64,000 bases of DNA from Minisyncoccota bacterium. GTDB lineage: Bacteria > Patescibacteriota > Minisyncoccia > Phycocordibacterales > DATDWN01. This document shows, one piece after another, positions 34,648 to 44,999 of this stretch (within the stretch, counting starts at the first letter, position 1; every line of letters begins with the position of its first letter). The stretch lies in the NCBI GenBank assembly GCA_041658985.1, contig JBAZZC010000003.1, forward strand, positions 10,540-74,539. Reading direction: 5' to 3'. A program made the position numbers and the translations under genes. The notes below the pieces were generated by a model, which saw only the letters and a list, made by a program, of their open reading frames with translations, was not told the DNA's origin and made no database searches.

Positions 34648-35191
34648 AGAAATGAACTCACTTGATATATTTATTCAAAATTATTTTTCCACAGTACGTA
34701 CACCATTTACGACAGAATTTGCCTATATTGTTAGCCGTTTTTTTGATGTGACTGATTGGGAGGGTGCGATTGCCTTTATAGCCATGGTTTTTTGTATTTT
34801 TGTTTTGATTTATTTATTTAGGAATAAAAAATATAGTTTTTTATTCCTCTTTACCCTTTTTTGTGGGGCAATTATAATTTATTTTTTAAAAATGCTCTTT
34901 GGGGTTGCTCGTCCTCTTGATGGAGTAATTATTGCGTTTGGTCAGAGTTTTCCTAGTTATCATGCGACTATGGCTACAATGTTTTTTGCAATGCTCATGT
35001 ATATATTTGATGATCATTTTAATAGTCTTGGACGGATAATATTTAACTTAGCTTGTGTCGTTGGTATTTTTCTTGTTGCTATAAGTCGTGTCTATTTGGG
35101 GGTACACTGGTTAAGTGATGTAATCGGTGGTATTGTGCTTGGTGTGTTAATCTGTTTTATGGCAACCAAGGTTTTTAAATATTTTAAATAG
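34628..35191 (+). CDS. PAP2 superfamily phosphatase (membrane)
   Basis: PAP2 motifs KxxxxxxRP (KMLFGVARP), PSYH (SFPSYH) and SRVYLGVHWLSDV. Confidence 0.8.
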   Translation: MLVGNSKEMNSLDIFIQNYFSTVRTPFTTEFAYIVSRFFDVTDWEGAIAFIAMVFCIFVLIYLFRNKKYSFLFLFTLFCGAIIIYFLKMLFGVARPLDGVIIAFGQSFPSYHATMATMFFAMLMYIFDDHFNSLGRIIFNLACVVGIFLVAISRVYLGVHWLSDVIGGIVLGVLICFMATKVFKYFK

Positions 35192-35192
35192 T

Positions 35193-36032
35193 ATGCTTTT
35201 ACTTTCAGGCAAGGAAGTACAGGAATATCTTAAGGATGAACTCGAGAAAAAAATTGAGCATCTTGGTGTTGTACCAAAGCTGGTTATTTTACAAATAGGT
35301 GATAATGAACAATCAAATGTTTATATCAAAAGAAAGAAAAAATTTGGAGAAGAATTAGGTATTGCTGTTGAGCACAGGAAATTTGAAGAAAATATTAAAG
35401 AGGAAGATTTGTTGAAAAATATTGAAAAATATAATCAAGACAAAACAGTTGGTGGTATTATTGTCCAACTTCCAATACCAAAAAATCTAAATAAATCAAA
35501 TGTCTTAAATGCGATTACTCTAAAAAAAGATGTTGATGGTTTGGGAGTTGTTCAAACTGGTTTGTTTTACAGTGGAGACTCACAAGCAATTACTCCGGCT
35601 ACAGCACGAGGGATTATTTCTCTTTTGGATTTTTACAAAATTAATTTGGAATCAAAAAATGTAGTAGTTATTGGTCGGTCTAGTTTGGTTGGTAGGCCCG
35701 TAGGGGAGATGTGTCTTAAAAGAAACGCAACGGTTACAATTTGTCATTCACACACAAAAGATTTAAAAGAAATCACAAAGAAAGCGGATATCTTGATTGT
35801 TGCTTGTGGTGTGCCTTGCCTTGTAGATTCTTCTTATGTAAAAGAGGGTCAGGTTGTTGTTGATGTCGGGATTCATCGTACCAGGGGTGGCCTCTGTGGG
35901 GATGTAGATTTTGATGATGTAAAAAATATTATTTCGGCTATTTCTCCTGTGCCTGGCGGTGTTGGGCCCCTAACAGTAGTGTCTCTGTTTCAGAATCTAG
36001 TAGATTGCACAGTAGACATGCAAAAATCTTAA
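35193..36032 (+). CDS. folD: Bifunctional methylenetetrahydrofolate dehydrogenase/cyclohydrolase
   Basis: Rossmann-fold motifs (VVVIGRSSLVGRPV) and an overall match to FolD. Confidence 0.85.
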   Translation: MLLLSGKEVQEYLKDELEKKIEHLGVVPKLVILQIGDNEQSNVYIKRKKKFGEELGIAVEHRKFEENIKEEDLLKNIEKYNQDKTVGGIIVQLPIPKNLNKSNVLNAITLKKDVDGLGVVQTGLFYSGDSQAITPATARGIISLLDFYKINLESKNVVVIGRSSLVGRPVGEMCLKRNATVTICHSHTKDLKEITKKADILIVACGVPCLVDSSYVKEGQVVVDVGIHRTRGGLCGDVDFDDVKNIISAISPVPGGVGPLTVVSLFQNLVDCTVDMQKS

Positions 36033-36067
36033 ATTGTGTTATAATGACAGTATTATTAAATTAAATT

Positions 36068-36203
36068 CATCCGCACACTAACATTAGTATTGTGTCTTAC
36101 GTTGCTCTACTGGGTATTAAACAGAGTAATGAAGGATAAAATGATGAAGTAAACAAATCAAGATTAGACACAATTGCAACGATACCAATGTTAGTGTGCG
36201 GAT
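36068..36203 (+). repeat. R135 inverted-repeat element, copy F
   Basis: ATCCGCACACTAACATTAGTAT ... ATACCAATGTTAGTGTGCGGAT. The interior is related to copy A. It ends 8 nt before the next ATG. Confidence 0.8.
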
Positions 36204-36211
36204 AAAATTTT

Positions 36212-37066
36212 ATGAACCAATTATTTGATACCTCTAATTTAGATAATCCACAAAAAAGACGATTTCTCAATGCCCTAATAGCCACCTTTATTTTATTGGC
36301 TATCTTTCTTGGTGTTAAGATTATTAATTCTATAAAGGAATACTCTTATATTGGTAGTGGAGTTTATCCGACAAACACCATTATGGTTTCTGGAACAGGT
36401 GAAGTTTTTGCTGTCCCAGATATTGCCTCTTTCTCTTTCTCTGTTAACGAGGTGGGTAAGACAGTAAAAGAGGCTCAGGATAAAGCAAGTACAAAGATGA
36501 ACTCAATTCTTGAGGCACTGAAAGGTATGGCCATTGAAGATAAAGATATTAAAACAACAGGATATAATTCTGGTCCAAAGTATGAATGGAAACAGGGTGT
36601 TTGTCCTCCAGTACCAATAGGAGAAGGAGTTGCTGGGGTGGATTATTACTGTTCACAAGGGAAGAATACCTTAGTTGGATATGAAGTTAATCAATCAATT
36701 ACTGTAAAGATTAGGAAAACAGATGAGGCTGGAAAAGCCTTAACTAAGGTTGGAGAACTCGGAGCAGAAGATATAAGTAGCTTATCGTTTGTGGTTGACG
36801 ACTTGGACGCTGTTAAAGCCGAAGCAAGAGATAAAGCCATCGTAAATGCAAAAGAAAAAGCAAAAAAACTTTCAAAATCACTTGGTATTAAATTGGTCAA
36901 AATAGTAAGTTATAGTGATTCAGGAGATTATTCTCCAATGTATTATGATGCTATGGAGGTGAAAGGTATGGGGGGTGGAATGGTTTCTTCTTCTGTTGCT
37001 CCACAAATTCCTGTTGGAGAGAACACAATCGTGTCAAACGTGTCCATCACCTACGAAGTAAAGTAG
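36212..37066 (+). CDS. SIMPL domain (DUF541) secreted protein
   Basis: N-terminal transmembrane/signal helix. The domain organisation fits the 26 kDa periplasmic immunogenic protein family. Confidence 0.55.
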   Translation: MNQLFDTSNLDNPQKRRFLNALIATFILLAIFLGVKIINSIKEYSYIGSGVYPTNTIMVSGTGEVFAVPDIASFSFSVNEVGKTVKEAQDKASTKMNSILEALKGMAIEDKDIKTTGYNSGPKYEWKQGVCPPVPIGEGVAGVDYYCSQGKNTLVGYEVNQSITVKIRKTDEAGKALTKVGELGAEDISSLSFVVDDLDAVKAEARDKAIVNAKEKAKKLSKSLGIKLVKIVSYSDSGDYSPMYYDAMEVKGMGGGMVSSSVAPQIPVGENTIVSNVSITYEVK

Positions 37067-37143
37067 ATTTGACTAATTAGGGGGAATGGAGTACTATTAT
37101 CTCATTCCCCAGGCGGGGTTTTTTAGTAAGAGAGTTTGAAGGT

Positions 37144-37180
37144 TACTTTATAACTTTCAACTTTATAACTTTATAACTTA
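37144..37180. repeat. Tandem ACTTTATAA 9-bp repeats immediately upstream of secE
   Basis: TACTTTATAACTTTCAACTTTATAACTTTATAACTTA. Confidence 0.5.
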
Positions 37181-37183
37181 TTC

Positions 37184-37363
37184 ATGAGCCTACTTACTTA
37201 TTTTAAAGATACGCAGGGAGAGTTGAAACATGTGTCTTGGCCAACTCGTAATCAAACAATTGCCTTCACTATTGTTGTTGTTCTTATTTCTGTGTTCGTT
37301 TCTTTTTTCTTGGGATTTTTTGATTATATTTTCGAATTGATTATTGGCAAGTTCATCATTTAA
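37184..37363 (+). CDS. secE: Preprotein translocase subunit SecE (59 aa; not in the ORF track)
   Basis: MSLLTYFKDTQGELKHVSWPTRNQTIAFTIVVVLI... with one transmembrane helix. Lies directly upstream of nusG. Confidence 0.75.
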   Translation: MSLLTYFKDTQGELKHVSWPTRNQTIAFTIVVVLISVFVSFFLGFFDYIFELIIGKFII

Positions 37364-37369
37364 CTTACT

Positions 37370-37915
37370 ATGTCAAAACAACAAATACACAGTACTAGAA
37401 ATTGGTATGTTGTTCATACATATGCCGGATATGAAAATGCGGTGATGCGTAATTTGAAACAGCGCATAGAATCACTTGGAATGGAGGATAAAATTTTTAA
37501 TGTCTTAGTTCCAACTGAGAAAAAAATAAAAATTAAAGGTGGAAAACGAGTCGAGGAGGAAGAAAAAATTTACCCTGGATATATTTTGGTAGACATGATA
37601 GTAACCGAAGATTCATGGTTTGTTGTTAGAAATACTCCTCGCGTAACTGGTTTTGTTGGCTCTGGTGTTTATCCTGTGCCGATTGACCCCAAGGAAGCAG
37701 AAGAGCTTTTTAAACGAATGGATGCACATACTGTTAAGCACAAGATTGACCTTTCTTTAAACGACGCTGTAACTATTGTGGACGGTCCGTTCAAAGACCT
37801 TGATGGTAAGGTTAGTGAGGTAGATGAAGAGCGGGGGAAAGTTAAGGTTTTGGTGGCTATGTTTGGCCGGGAAACCCCAGTAGAGTTGGACTTCTTGCAA
37901 GTCAAGAAAATTTAA
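37370..37915 (+). CDS. nusG: Transcription termination/antitermination factor NusG
   Basis: NGN domain (WYVVHTYAGYENAV) and KOW motif. Confidence 0.9.
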   Translation: MSKQQIHSTRNWYVVHTYAGYENAVMRNLKQRIESLGMEDKIFNVLVPTEKKIKIKGGKRVEEEEKIYPGYILVDMIVTEDSWFVVRNTPRVTGFVGSGVYPVPIDPKEAEELFKRMDAHTVKHKIDLSLNDAVTIVDGPFKDLDGKVSEVDEERGKVKVLVAMFGRETPVELDFLQVKKI

Positions 37916-37938
37916 GGTAATCTTGGAAACACACAATT

Positions 37939-38361
37939 ATGGCAAAGAAAATAACAAAAAAATTAAAGCTCGTTATTCCAGCAGGTAAGGCAACACCAGC
38001 TCCTCCTACGGGCCCGGCCCTAGGTCAGGCGGGGGTAGCTATTGGCGAGTTTGTTAAGCAGTTTAACGACGCCACAGCTAAAATGGTTGGAGATATTGTT
38101 CCTGTAGAAATTACAGTATATGAAGACAGGACATTCTCTTTTGTATTAAAAACACCTCCAACCTCAAGCCTTATTCTTAAGGCTCTAGGTAAAGAAAAAG
38201 GTTCAGGCAAAAACACTATTTCAAAAGTCGGAACTCTAACAAAGGCACAGTTAAAAGAAATCGCCGAAAAGAAACTGCCCGATTTGAGTGCAAACGACAT
38301 TGACGCTGCTATGAAAATTGTCGCTGGTTCGGCACGTTCAATGGGCGTTGATATCAAGTAA
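37939..38361 (+). CDS. rplK: 50S ribosomal protein L11
   Basis: [20 protein letters not shown] motif. Confidence 0.9.
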   Translation: MAKKITKKLKLVIPAGKATPAPPTGPALGQAGVAIGEFVKQFNDATAKMVGDIVPVEITVYEDRTFSFVLKTPPTSSLILKALGKEKGSGKNTISKVGTLTKAQLKEIAEKKLPDLSANDIDAAMKIVAGSARSMGVDIK

Positions 38362-38367
38362 TTTTCT

Positions 38368-38760
38368 ATGGAAAAAGTATATCTAGGTTGTTCTCTAACT
38401 GGAGCACCTGAGTCTTTTAAATCAGAGGTAAAAGACCTGATTTTTCTCTTAGAAAAATCTTACACGGTTTTGCCTTTTTTTAGCTTCACCAATAAAATTG
38501 CGAAAAATAACCGCGAGGTCTTTGAATTTGATATGAATCAAATCAAAGAAGCTGATTTTATGATAGCTATTTGTTCACATCCATCAACAGGAATGGGTTA
38601 TGAAATCAAAGAAACATTATCACAAGGAAAAAAAGTTTTTGCTTTTGCTAAAGACGGAGATGGTGTCAGTAAATTTATAGATAATGGTATTATAGATTCC
38701 AACTACAAATTTTCCAGAGTAGAAAATTTAAAAGATATAATAAATATTATTTTTTCTTGA
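38368..38760 (+). CDS. Nucleoside 2-deoxyribosyltransferase-like protein
   Basis: KVYLGCSLTGA start and ICSHPSTGMGYEIKE; flavodoxin-like fold. Occupies the position where rplA is usually found. Confidence 0.4.
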   Translation: MEKVYLGCSLTGAPESFKSEVKDLIFLLEKSYTVLPFFSFTNKIAKNNREVFEFDMNQIKEADFMIAICSHPSTGMGYEIKETLSQGKKVFAFAKDGDGVSKFIDNGIIDSNYKFSRVENLKDIINIIFS

Positions 38761-39388
38761 TTGCGGGGTATTTTTCTTTGAGTTCTTTTATTTTTCCTTT
38801 TAGAATTAAAGAAGATTCATTTTGTTTTTCTTTTTTTATACCATCTATAACATCTCTCTTGTTATATTTACCTTTGTAAGCTCCAGTTGGTTCTTTGAGT
38901 TCTTCAAACACAATTTGACAGATTCTTTCCCCAGGGAAAATTCTAACTACTTGCGAAGATGTGTTGTTTCTTAAAGGAAGAACTAGTTGTCCCTCATATC
39001 CAGCATCTATCACCCCCGTTAAATCAAGAGACAAACCTTTTCTGTTGGTTGATGAACGAGGATATAATACCGCCATTAAATCATTAGGAATTTTTAATGA
39101 TTCAAGAGTTGAGGAAAGCACGTATTCTCCTGGCATGAGTTCAAAAAACTGTCCTTCTTCAAGTTCAACCACCTCAAACTTGTGTGCATTTGCTGTGTCA
39201 AAATTTGATAAAGAAAGTGTCTCGCGCCCTAGTTTTGTCATGCTCCAGGTTTTTGGAATCATAAAGGTAAAGCCGAGGCGCAAATCCACAGCGTGTTCCT
39301 GAAGTTGAAAAGAGTCAATTTCTGGTTTTATTACTAAATCGTTAGCCCTGATCCTTTCAATTATTTGTTTTTTTGTTATTACTGCCAT
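38747..39388 (-). CDS. dcd: dCTP deaminase (dUTPase superfamily)
   Basis: Dcd-like length and motifs (VIDAGYEGQLVLPLRN). Confidence 0.7.
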   Translation of the reverse strand: MAVITKKQIIERIRANDLVIKPEIDSFQLQEHAVDLRLGFTFMIPKTWSMTKLGRETLSLSNFDTANAHKFEVVELEEGQFFELMPGEYVLSSTLESLKIPNDLMAVLYPRSSTNRKGLSLDLTGVIDAGYEGQLVLPLRNNTSSQVVRIFPGERICQIVFEELKEPTGAYKGKYNKRDVIDGIKKEKQNESSLILKGKIKELKEKYPAIKKK

Positions 39389-39424
39389 GGTGTAAGTTTA
39401 TAAAATTTATGTGGTTTGTAAAGA

Positions 39425-39931
39425 TTACAGTGGAATGACTTTGTATTCCAATAAAACAACGTTATCAGAAAGTTTAGTTATATTTACCAAAGATAATTTT
39501 TTGTCTATGGCTTTGTTAAAAAGTTTTATACCAGATCCGAAAATGCGAGGCTCCATTGTCGCGTAGATAGTATCTACAAGTCCCGTTTCCATAAACATTG
39601 TGTAGATACTAGAGCCACCACAAATCGCAACCTCCTCATAACCACGAGATTCCAAATCTAATAGCAGGTCTTTTGGTGGTTTTTGTGTGATTTCCACCCC
39701 AATAATTTGTGGTGTTTCTGTCGGGGCGTAAACAATATTCAACCTATTTGGTAATGGTTTACCAATAGTTTGAAAAGTTGTGAGCCCCATTACTATTACC
39801 CCGGCTCTTTTTGTAACTTCTATAAAATGTTTTTTGTCAGTACCAGAAGTCCAGGCCATAGAAGTCTGTGTAGTTTCCTGTGATATAAAACCGTCTAGGG
39901 TTATGGCTGTTATTATAAATACTTTTACCAT
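39425..39931 (-). CDS. folA: Dihydrofolate reductase family protein
   Basis: ITAITLDGFIS N-terminus and the RibD-C/DHFR fold; 168 aa. Confidence 0.65.
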   Translation of the reverse strand: MVKVFIITAITLDGFISQETTQTSMAWTSGTDKKHFIEVTKRAGVIVMGLTTFQTIGKPLPNRLNIVYAPTETPQIIGVEITQKPPKDLLLDLESRGYEEVAICGGSSIYTMFMETGLVDTIYATMEPRIFGSGIKLFNKAIDKKLSLVNITKLSDNVVLLEYKVIPL

Positions 39932-39932
39932 A

Positions 39933-40769
39933 TTATAAAATTATTTTTATTCCTCGTATTGACTCCATTGGTTTATATTGCTTATTTAAATTATCAAATA
40001 TTTCCTCTACCAATTTTTTGTCTCCTTTTTCTGCTCGATTAAAGGAGTTTTTTGGTAATTTTAAAACAATTGGCTTATTGTTGTTTTTTCTCTTCATTAT
40101 TTCTTTTCCTGCAAAATAGTGTGTGTCATAGATATGTGCATTTGAAATCGAATGGGAATAAACCCCCGGTTTTACACCAAGTTTTTGTGCGAGCATACAT
40201 TGAAGTAAAGCAAACCCCGCCACGTCATGTGGAAATCCTAATAACATGTCATTTGAACGTACAATGAGATGAAGATGGAGTCGTCCGGCTATTATATTTG
40301 TTGTGAAAGTATAGGGACACGGTACATTTTTCTTGTTTACTCCACCCAGCCCATCGGACGCTGGGTCCCAAAACACCACCACCCCATGTCTGGAGCTCGG
40401 ATCTTTTAAAAGCAAATCTACCAATAATTTCATCTGATCTCTGCCAAAATGTTTTCTCATTCTGTATCCATAGGCAACAGTTACTACATCTCCCGGATTA
40501 GTAAAATCGTCCCATATTTTAGTAAAATCTCTCAGAAATATTTCTGGTTTTCTTGCTCCAGTTAAGAACCAAACTTGTTCTGCCACGAATACCTTAAGTG
40601 GTATTTTACGAAGTGTTAATAGTGGAAAGCCCTCCTTTTCTATATCAATGGAAAAATGTACTCCTGGGATTGCCTTTACCTTGTGTCCTGTGCGTTTATT
40701 AATGTCTACAAAGCCCTTTTTCATTATGTCGGAAATCAGGTTTTGGTATATTTGGTCAAATTTTGTCAT
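39933..40769 (-). CDS. thyA: Thymidylate synthase (ThyA family, divergent)
   Basis: VPCPY resembles the LPPCH active site; HIYDTH resembles HIYxNH. Neighbours are dcd, folA, a dCMP deaminase, tmk and glyA. Confidence 0.55.
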   Translation of the reverse strand: MTKFDQIYQNLISDIMKKGFVDINKRTGHKVKAIPGVHFSIDIEKEGFPLLTLRKIPLKVFVAEQVWFLTGARKPEIFLRDFTKIWDDFTNPGDVVTVAYGYRMRKHFGRDQMKLLVDLLLKDPSSRHGVVVFWDPASDGLGGVNKKNVPCPYTFTTNIIAGRLHLHLIVRSNDMLLGFPHDVAGFALLQCMLAQKLGVKPGVYSHSISNAHIYDTHYFAGKEIMKRKNNNKPIVLKLPKNSFNRAEKGDKKLVEEIFDNLNKQYKPMESIRGIKIIL

Positions 40770-40825
40770 TGTTTTTTTATACTCTATACTATATGCTATT
40801 TTCTGTGACTATCAACTATCCATAT

Positions 40826-41293
40826 ATGCCAGAAAATCGTGAAATAAAGATTGTTTCAAAAGACAACCATTTCATGAGTCTTGCCTGTGAAGCAAGAAAA
40901 AAAAGTAATGACTTACTCATTTCAACTGGTGTGGTTGCTGTAAAAGACGGAAAGGTGTTAGGTGAATCGTCAAATATGGCAGGATATAATTGGAAATGGT
41001 TAGTAACACAACATCAAAAATGGTTTTGTCCTAGAAGATGGTTTAAAGCTAAAACCGGAACTAAATATTGGCTTTGTCGTGGTTGTGCAACTAATAATAA
41101 ACATGCGGAGTCGCGTTTAGTGAATAGTTTTGATAAGGTCGGTAAATTGTCCGAATTAAATGGTGCTGATATCTATTTGTGTGGTCATTGGTGGTGTTGT
41201 AAACCTTGTTGGGATAATATGATTCGTGCTGGAATTAAAAATATCTATGTGTTGGAAGGAGCCAAGGAAAAATTTGATTCGAGGACGTGGTAG
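40826..41293 (+). CDS. dCMP deaminase (ComEB/cytidine-deaminase zinc fold)
   Basis: HAE and PCxxC zinc-ligand motifs. Start moved to MPENREIK. Confidence 0.7.
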   Translation: MPENREIKIVSKDNHFMSLACEARKKSNDLLISTGVVAVKDGKVLGESSNMAGYNWKWLVTQHQKWFCPRRWFKAKTGTKYWLCRGCATNNKHAESRLVNSFDKVGKLSELNGADIYLCGHWWCCKPCWDNMIRAGIKNIYVLEGAKEKFDSRTW

Positions 41294-41319
41294 TTATTAT
41301 TTATATAAACAAAAATAAC

Positions 41320-42012
41320 ATGAAGAAAGGAAAATTAATTGTTATAGATGGTATTGATGGGTCTGGTAAGGCCACTCAAGTAAAGCTCCTTGAGGAAAAA
41401 TTAAAGAAAAACAAAGTAAAAGTAAAAACCATAGATTTTCCTCGGTATTACGATAATTTTTTTGGGCAACTAATAGGGGAATATCTTTCTGGTAAGTATG
41501 GCGATTTTATTCAAATGGACCCCCGCGTAGCTTCTATTATGTACGCAGCAGATAGATTTGAATCAAGCAAACAGATAACAAAGTGGCTCAGGGAGGGCTT
41601 TGTGGTTATTGCAGATAGATACGCTAGTGCCAACCAGATTCATCAGGGTGGTAAAATAGATAATCCAAAAGAGAGAAAAATTTTCTTGGATTGGCTGGCA
41701 AAAATGGAATACGGCGTGTTTAATATTCCAAAACCAGATTTGGTCGTTTATCTTGACGTGCCTTTTGAGGTTAGTCGAGAATGGCTCCAGAAAAAAGTTG
41801 CCCAGAGAAAAAAGAAATATCTAAAAGGTAAAAAAGATGTTGCTGAAGATAATTTAATGCACCTTAAAAATTCTAGAAATAGTGCATTAAGTCTGTATAA
41901 AGAAAATAAAAACTGGGAAAAAGTTGAATGTTGCCCAAATAATATTTGCATGTCTCCAGAAGGAGTGCATGAAAAAGTTTATAAAATAATAAGAAGGAAA
42001 TTAAAAATCTGA
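41320..42012 (+). CDS. tmk: Thymidylate kinase
   Basis: P-loop motif IVIDGIDGSGKAT. Start moved to MKKGKLIV. Confidence 0.85.
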   Translation: MKKGKLIVIDGIDGSGKATQVKLLEEKLKKNKVKVKTIDFPRYYDNFFGQLIGEYLSGKYGDFIQMDPRVASIMYAADRFESSKQITKWLREGFVVIADRYASANQIHQGGKIDNPKERKIFLDWLAKMEYGVFNIPKPDLVVYLDVPFEVSREWLQKKVAQRKKKYLKGKKDVAEDNLMHLKNSRNSALSLYKENKNWEKVECCPNNICMSPEGVHEKVYKIIRRKLKI

Positions 42013-42018
42013 AATAGC

Positions 42019-43212
42019 ATGAGAGATAAACAAATAGAAAAGTTAATAGATGCTGAAAAGAAGAGACAAAAAAAAGTCATAAACCTTATTGCTTCTGAAA
42101 ACTATGTTTCAGATGACGTGTTGAAAGCTTTGGGTTCTGAACTTACCAATAAGTATGCCGAAGGATATTCAGCTCTTAGGTATTATGGTGGAAATGAGGT
42201 TGTTGATAAAATTGAAAATCTTTGCAAAGAAAGAGCCTTGAAACTTTTCAAATTGTCTCCCCAGAAATGGCACGTCAATGTTCAGCCCCTCTCAGGTTCA
42301 CCAGCAAATGTTGCTGTTTATTTAGCTCTTGTGCCAACTGGTGGAAAGATAATGGGAATGAATCTTCAAGATGGAGGGCATTTAACTCACGGGCACAAAG
42401 TCTCCATAACCGGCAAGATTTGGCAACAAGTGGCCTATGGTGTTGATAGTGTTACTGAAACGATTAATTATAAAGAAATAAAAAAAATGGCAGAGAAGGA
42501 GAAACCCCAGCTTATTGTGGCGGGTTTTACTGCATATCCAAGGGTTGTTGATTTTAAAAAGTTTCGTGAAATTGCTGATAGTGTGGGGGCGTTTTTAATG
42601 GTTGATATGTCACACCTAGCTGGGCTTGTGGCTGGGGGAGCATATCCAACACCTTTTCAATATGCTGATGTTGTTACCACTACCACACACAAAACCTTAC
42701 GAGGTCCTCGCTCGGCCATGATTTTCTCTAAAATAGACGGAAGAGAAATTTACAAAAAAATTGATAAAGCCGTTTTTCCCGGGATTCAAGGTGGTCCACA
42801 TTTAAACCAAATTGCTGCGATTGCTGTGGCATTAAAAGAGGCTGACACTCCAGCGTTTAAAAAATATGCAAAGCAAATAATAAAAAATGCAAAGGTCTTT
42901 TCCAATGAACTAGCAAAATTGGGCTGGAGAATTGTTTCCGGCGGTACAGACAGTCATTTAATTTTAGTAGACACCTGGATGAACGGTGCGGGAATTTCTG
43001 GAAAAGAGGCCAGTGATAGATTGGAAAAAAACGGCATCATTGTAAATAAAAATACTATTCCTGGAGAGACACGGTCTCCCATGGACCCTTCTGGTATTCG
43101 TCTCGGCACTGCGGCTGAAACAACTAGAGGTAAAAAAGAAAAAGATTTTATCCTAATTGCCCGAAGAATTGATAAAATTTTAAAGAAAAGTAAAACAAAC
43201 AATCCTTTATAA
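42019..43212 (+). CDS. glyA: Serine hydroxymethyltransferase
   Basis: PLP-binding motif TTTTHKTLRGPRS and overall SHMT length. Confidence 0.9.
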   Translation: MRDKQIEKLIDAEKKRQKKVINLIASENYVSDDVLKALGSELTNKYAEGYSALRYYGGNEVVDKIENLCKERALKLFKLSPQKWHVNVQPLSGSPANVAVYLALVPTGGKIMGMNLQDGGHLTHGHKVSITGKIWQQVAYGVDSVTETINYKEIKKMAEKEKPQLIVAGFTAYPRVVDFKKFREIADSVGAFLMVDMSHLAGLVAGGAYPTPFQYADVVTTTTHKTLRGPRSAMIFSKIDGREIYKKIDKAVFPGIQGGPHLNQIAAIAVALKEADTPAFKKYAKQIIKNAKVFSNELAKLGWRIVSGGTDSHLILVDTWMNGAGISGKEASDRLEKNGIIVNKNTIPGETRSPMDPSGIRLGTAAETTRGKKEKDFILIARRIDKILKKSKTNNPL

Positions 43213-43241
43213 ACCCATAAGGCAATGTTATAATCGGGTTT

Positions 43242-44960
43242 ATGAAGGAAATCTTAGAAGAAGAGCTTAAAACGATATTGCGAAATATTGGGATACAGAA
43301 TCCTACGATTACTTTTGATGTGCCTATTCACGTTGAACTGGGGGACTATTCTACAAATGTAGCTATGGCTTATGCAAAACAACTTGGGACAAAACCGGTT
43401 GATTTAGCAGAAGAAATAAAGAAAAAACTCACAGAGAAGAGTATAGAGAATATTTTTAAAATAAATGTTATTGCCCCCGGGTTTTTAAACTTCTTTTTTA
43501 ATGAGAATTATTTTGGCGGTGTTGTGAAAGAGATAATTTTAAAAAAAAATAAATATGGAGAGAGCGACTCTCTTCTAGGGCAAAAAATAATGGTTGAGTT
43601 TACTGACCCGAACCCATTTAAAGAATTTCACATTGGACATTTAATGAGTAACAGCATAGGTGAATCAATTTCTCGAATTTTAGAATCACAAGGGGCCAAG
43701 GTTTTTCGAGCCAACTGGCAAGGGGATGTTGGAGTCCATATTGCTAAGGCGGTGTGGGGCATGTTCCATTCACCACTTTCAAATGATGACAAATCGTCTA
43801 TAGAAAAATCTGTCATCTATCTTGGGAGGTGTTACGCACTTGGTGCTTCACAGTATGAAGAAGATGAAAAGGTAAAAAAGGAAATACAAGAAATAAATAA
43901 TAAGATTTATGAAAAAAGTGACTTAGAGATTAATGAGAAGTATGAATGGGGAAGAAAAGTCAGTTTAGACTATTTTGAAATAATCTACAAAAAACTTGGA
44001 ACAAAATTCGATTACTATTTCTTTGAAAGCAAAGAGGGGGTCCTTGGTAAAAAAATAGTAGAAGAATATTTAGAAAAAGGTATTTTTGAAAAAAGCGACG
44101 GGGCAGTTGTTTTTAAGGGTGAAAAATATGGCTTACACACAAGGGTTTTTATCAATTCAAATGATATACCAACATATGAAGCCAAAGAGTTAGGCCTGAA
44201 CCGAGAGAAATTTATTGTTGAACCAAAGCTTGATCAGTCAGTCATAATTACCGGAAATGAGATAAATGAGTATTTTAAGGTTTTACTGCAGGTTATTTCT
44301 CTGATATTTCCGGAGGTTGGTCAAAAAACAAAACACATTTCTCATGGGATGCTCCGATTACCCGAGGGCAAAATGTCTTCACGAACCGGCAATGTTATTA
44401 CAGCCGAATCACTAATATTAGAAGTTCAACAGAAGACTCTTGAAAAAATGAAAGACAGGAGAATGAGTGAAAAAACACAACAAGAAATTTCTGAGACCAT
44501 AGCTATTGGTGCCCTGAAATATTCCATCCTAAAACAAACGACTGGAAAGGACATAATTTTTGATTTTGATAAGTCGGTTTCATTTGAAGGGGATTCTGGT
44601 CCATATTTACAATATGCAACTGTGCGGGCAAATTCTATTCTAAAAAAATCCGCCTCTTCGGCGGACCAGCCGATGAGGCTGGGCGAAATACCAGAAAATT
44701 GGAAGACCACAAATTTAGAGAGAATTCTTGAGAGATTTCCGTCTGTGATGGAGAGGGCGGGGACAGAGTATGCGCCAAGTCACATTGCCACCTACCTTAT
44801 TGAACTGTCAGGAGAATTCAATTCGTTTTATGCTTCCCACAAAATAATTAATGAGACCGACCCAACATCTTCCTATCGATTAGCCTTAACTCAAGCTTTT
44901 GTTTATATAATGACTTCAGGACTTAATCTTCTGGCGATCAAAATTCCGGAACAAATGTAG
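43242..44960 (+). CDS. argS: Arginine--tRNA ligase
   Basis: HIGH motif in FTDPNPFKEFHIGH, a KMSSR-type motif, and a DALR anticodon-binding domain. Confidence 0.9.
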   Translation: MKEILEEELKTILRNIGIQNPTITFDVPIHVELGDYSTNVAMAYAKQLGTKPVDLAEEIKKKLTEKSIENIFKINVIAPGFLNFFFNENYFGGVVKEIILKKNKYGESDSLLGQKIMVEFTDPNPFKEFHIGHLMSNSIGESISRILESQGAKVFRANWQGDVGVHIAKAVWGMFHSPLSNDDKSSIEKSVIYLGRCYALGASQYEEDEKVKKEIQEINNKIYEKSDLEINEKYEWGRKVSLDYFEIIYKKLGTKFDYYFFESKEGVLGKKIVEEYLEKGIFEKSDGAVVFKGEKYGLHTRVFINSNDIPTYEAKELGLNREKFIVEPKLDQSVIITGNEINEYFKVLLQVISLIFPEVGQKTKHISHGMLRLPEGKMSSRTGNVITAESLILEVQQKTLEKMKDRRMSEKTQQEISETIAIGALKYSILKQTTGKDIIFDFDKSVSFEGDSGPYLQYATVRANSILKKSASSADQPMRLGEIPENWKTTNLERILERFPSVMERAGTEYAPSHIATYLIELSGEFNSFYASHKIINETDPTSSYRLALTQAFVYIMTSGLNLLAIKIPEQM

Positions 44961-44999
44961 TTATTTACAAAAGTATATATTTTAGTTAATATTTAAGTA

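Noticed and set aside
44647-44697. GC-rich hairpins (CCGCCtcttcGGCGG, CCAGCCgatgaGGCTGG) inside argS that resemble the in-frame repeat insertions.
   Set aside because: The encoded segment has the normal length for this ArgS region, and the 52-bp repeat has no second copy here. Probably coincidental.
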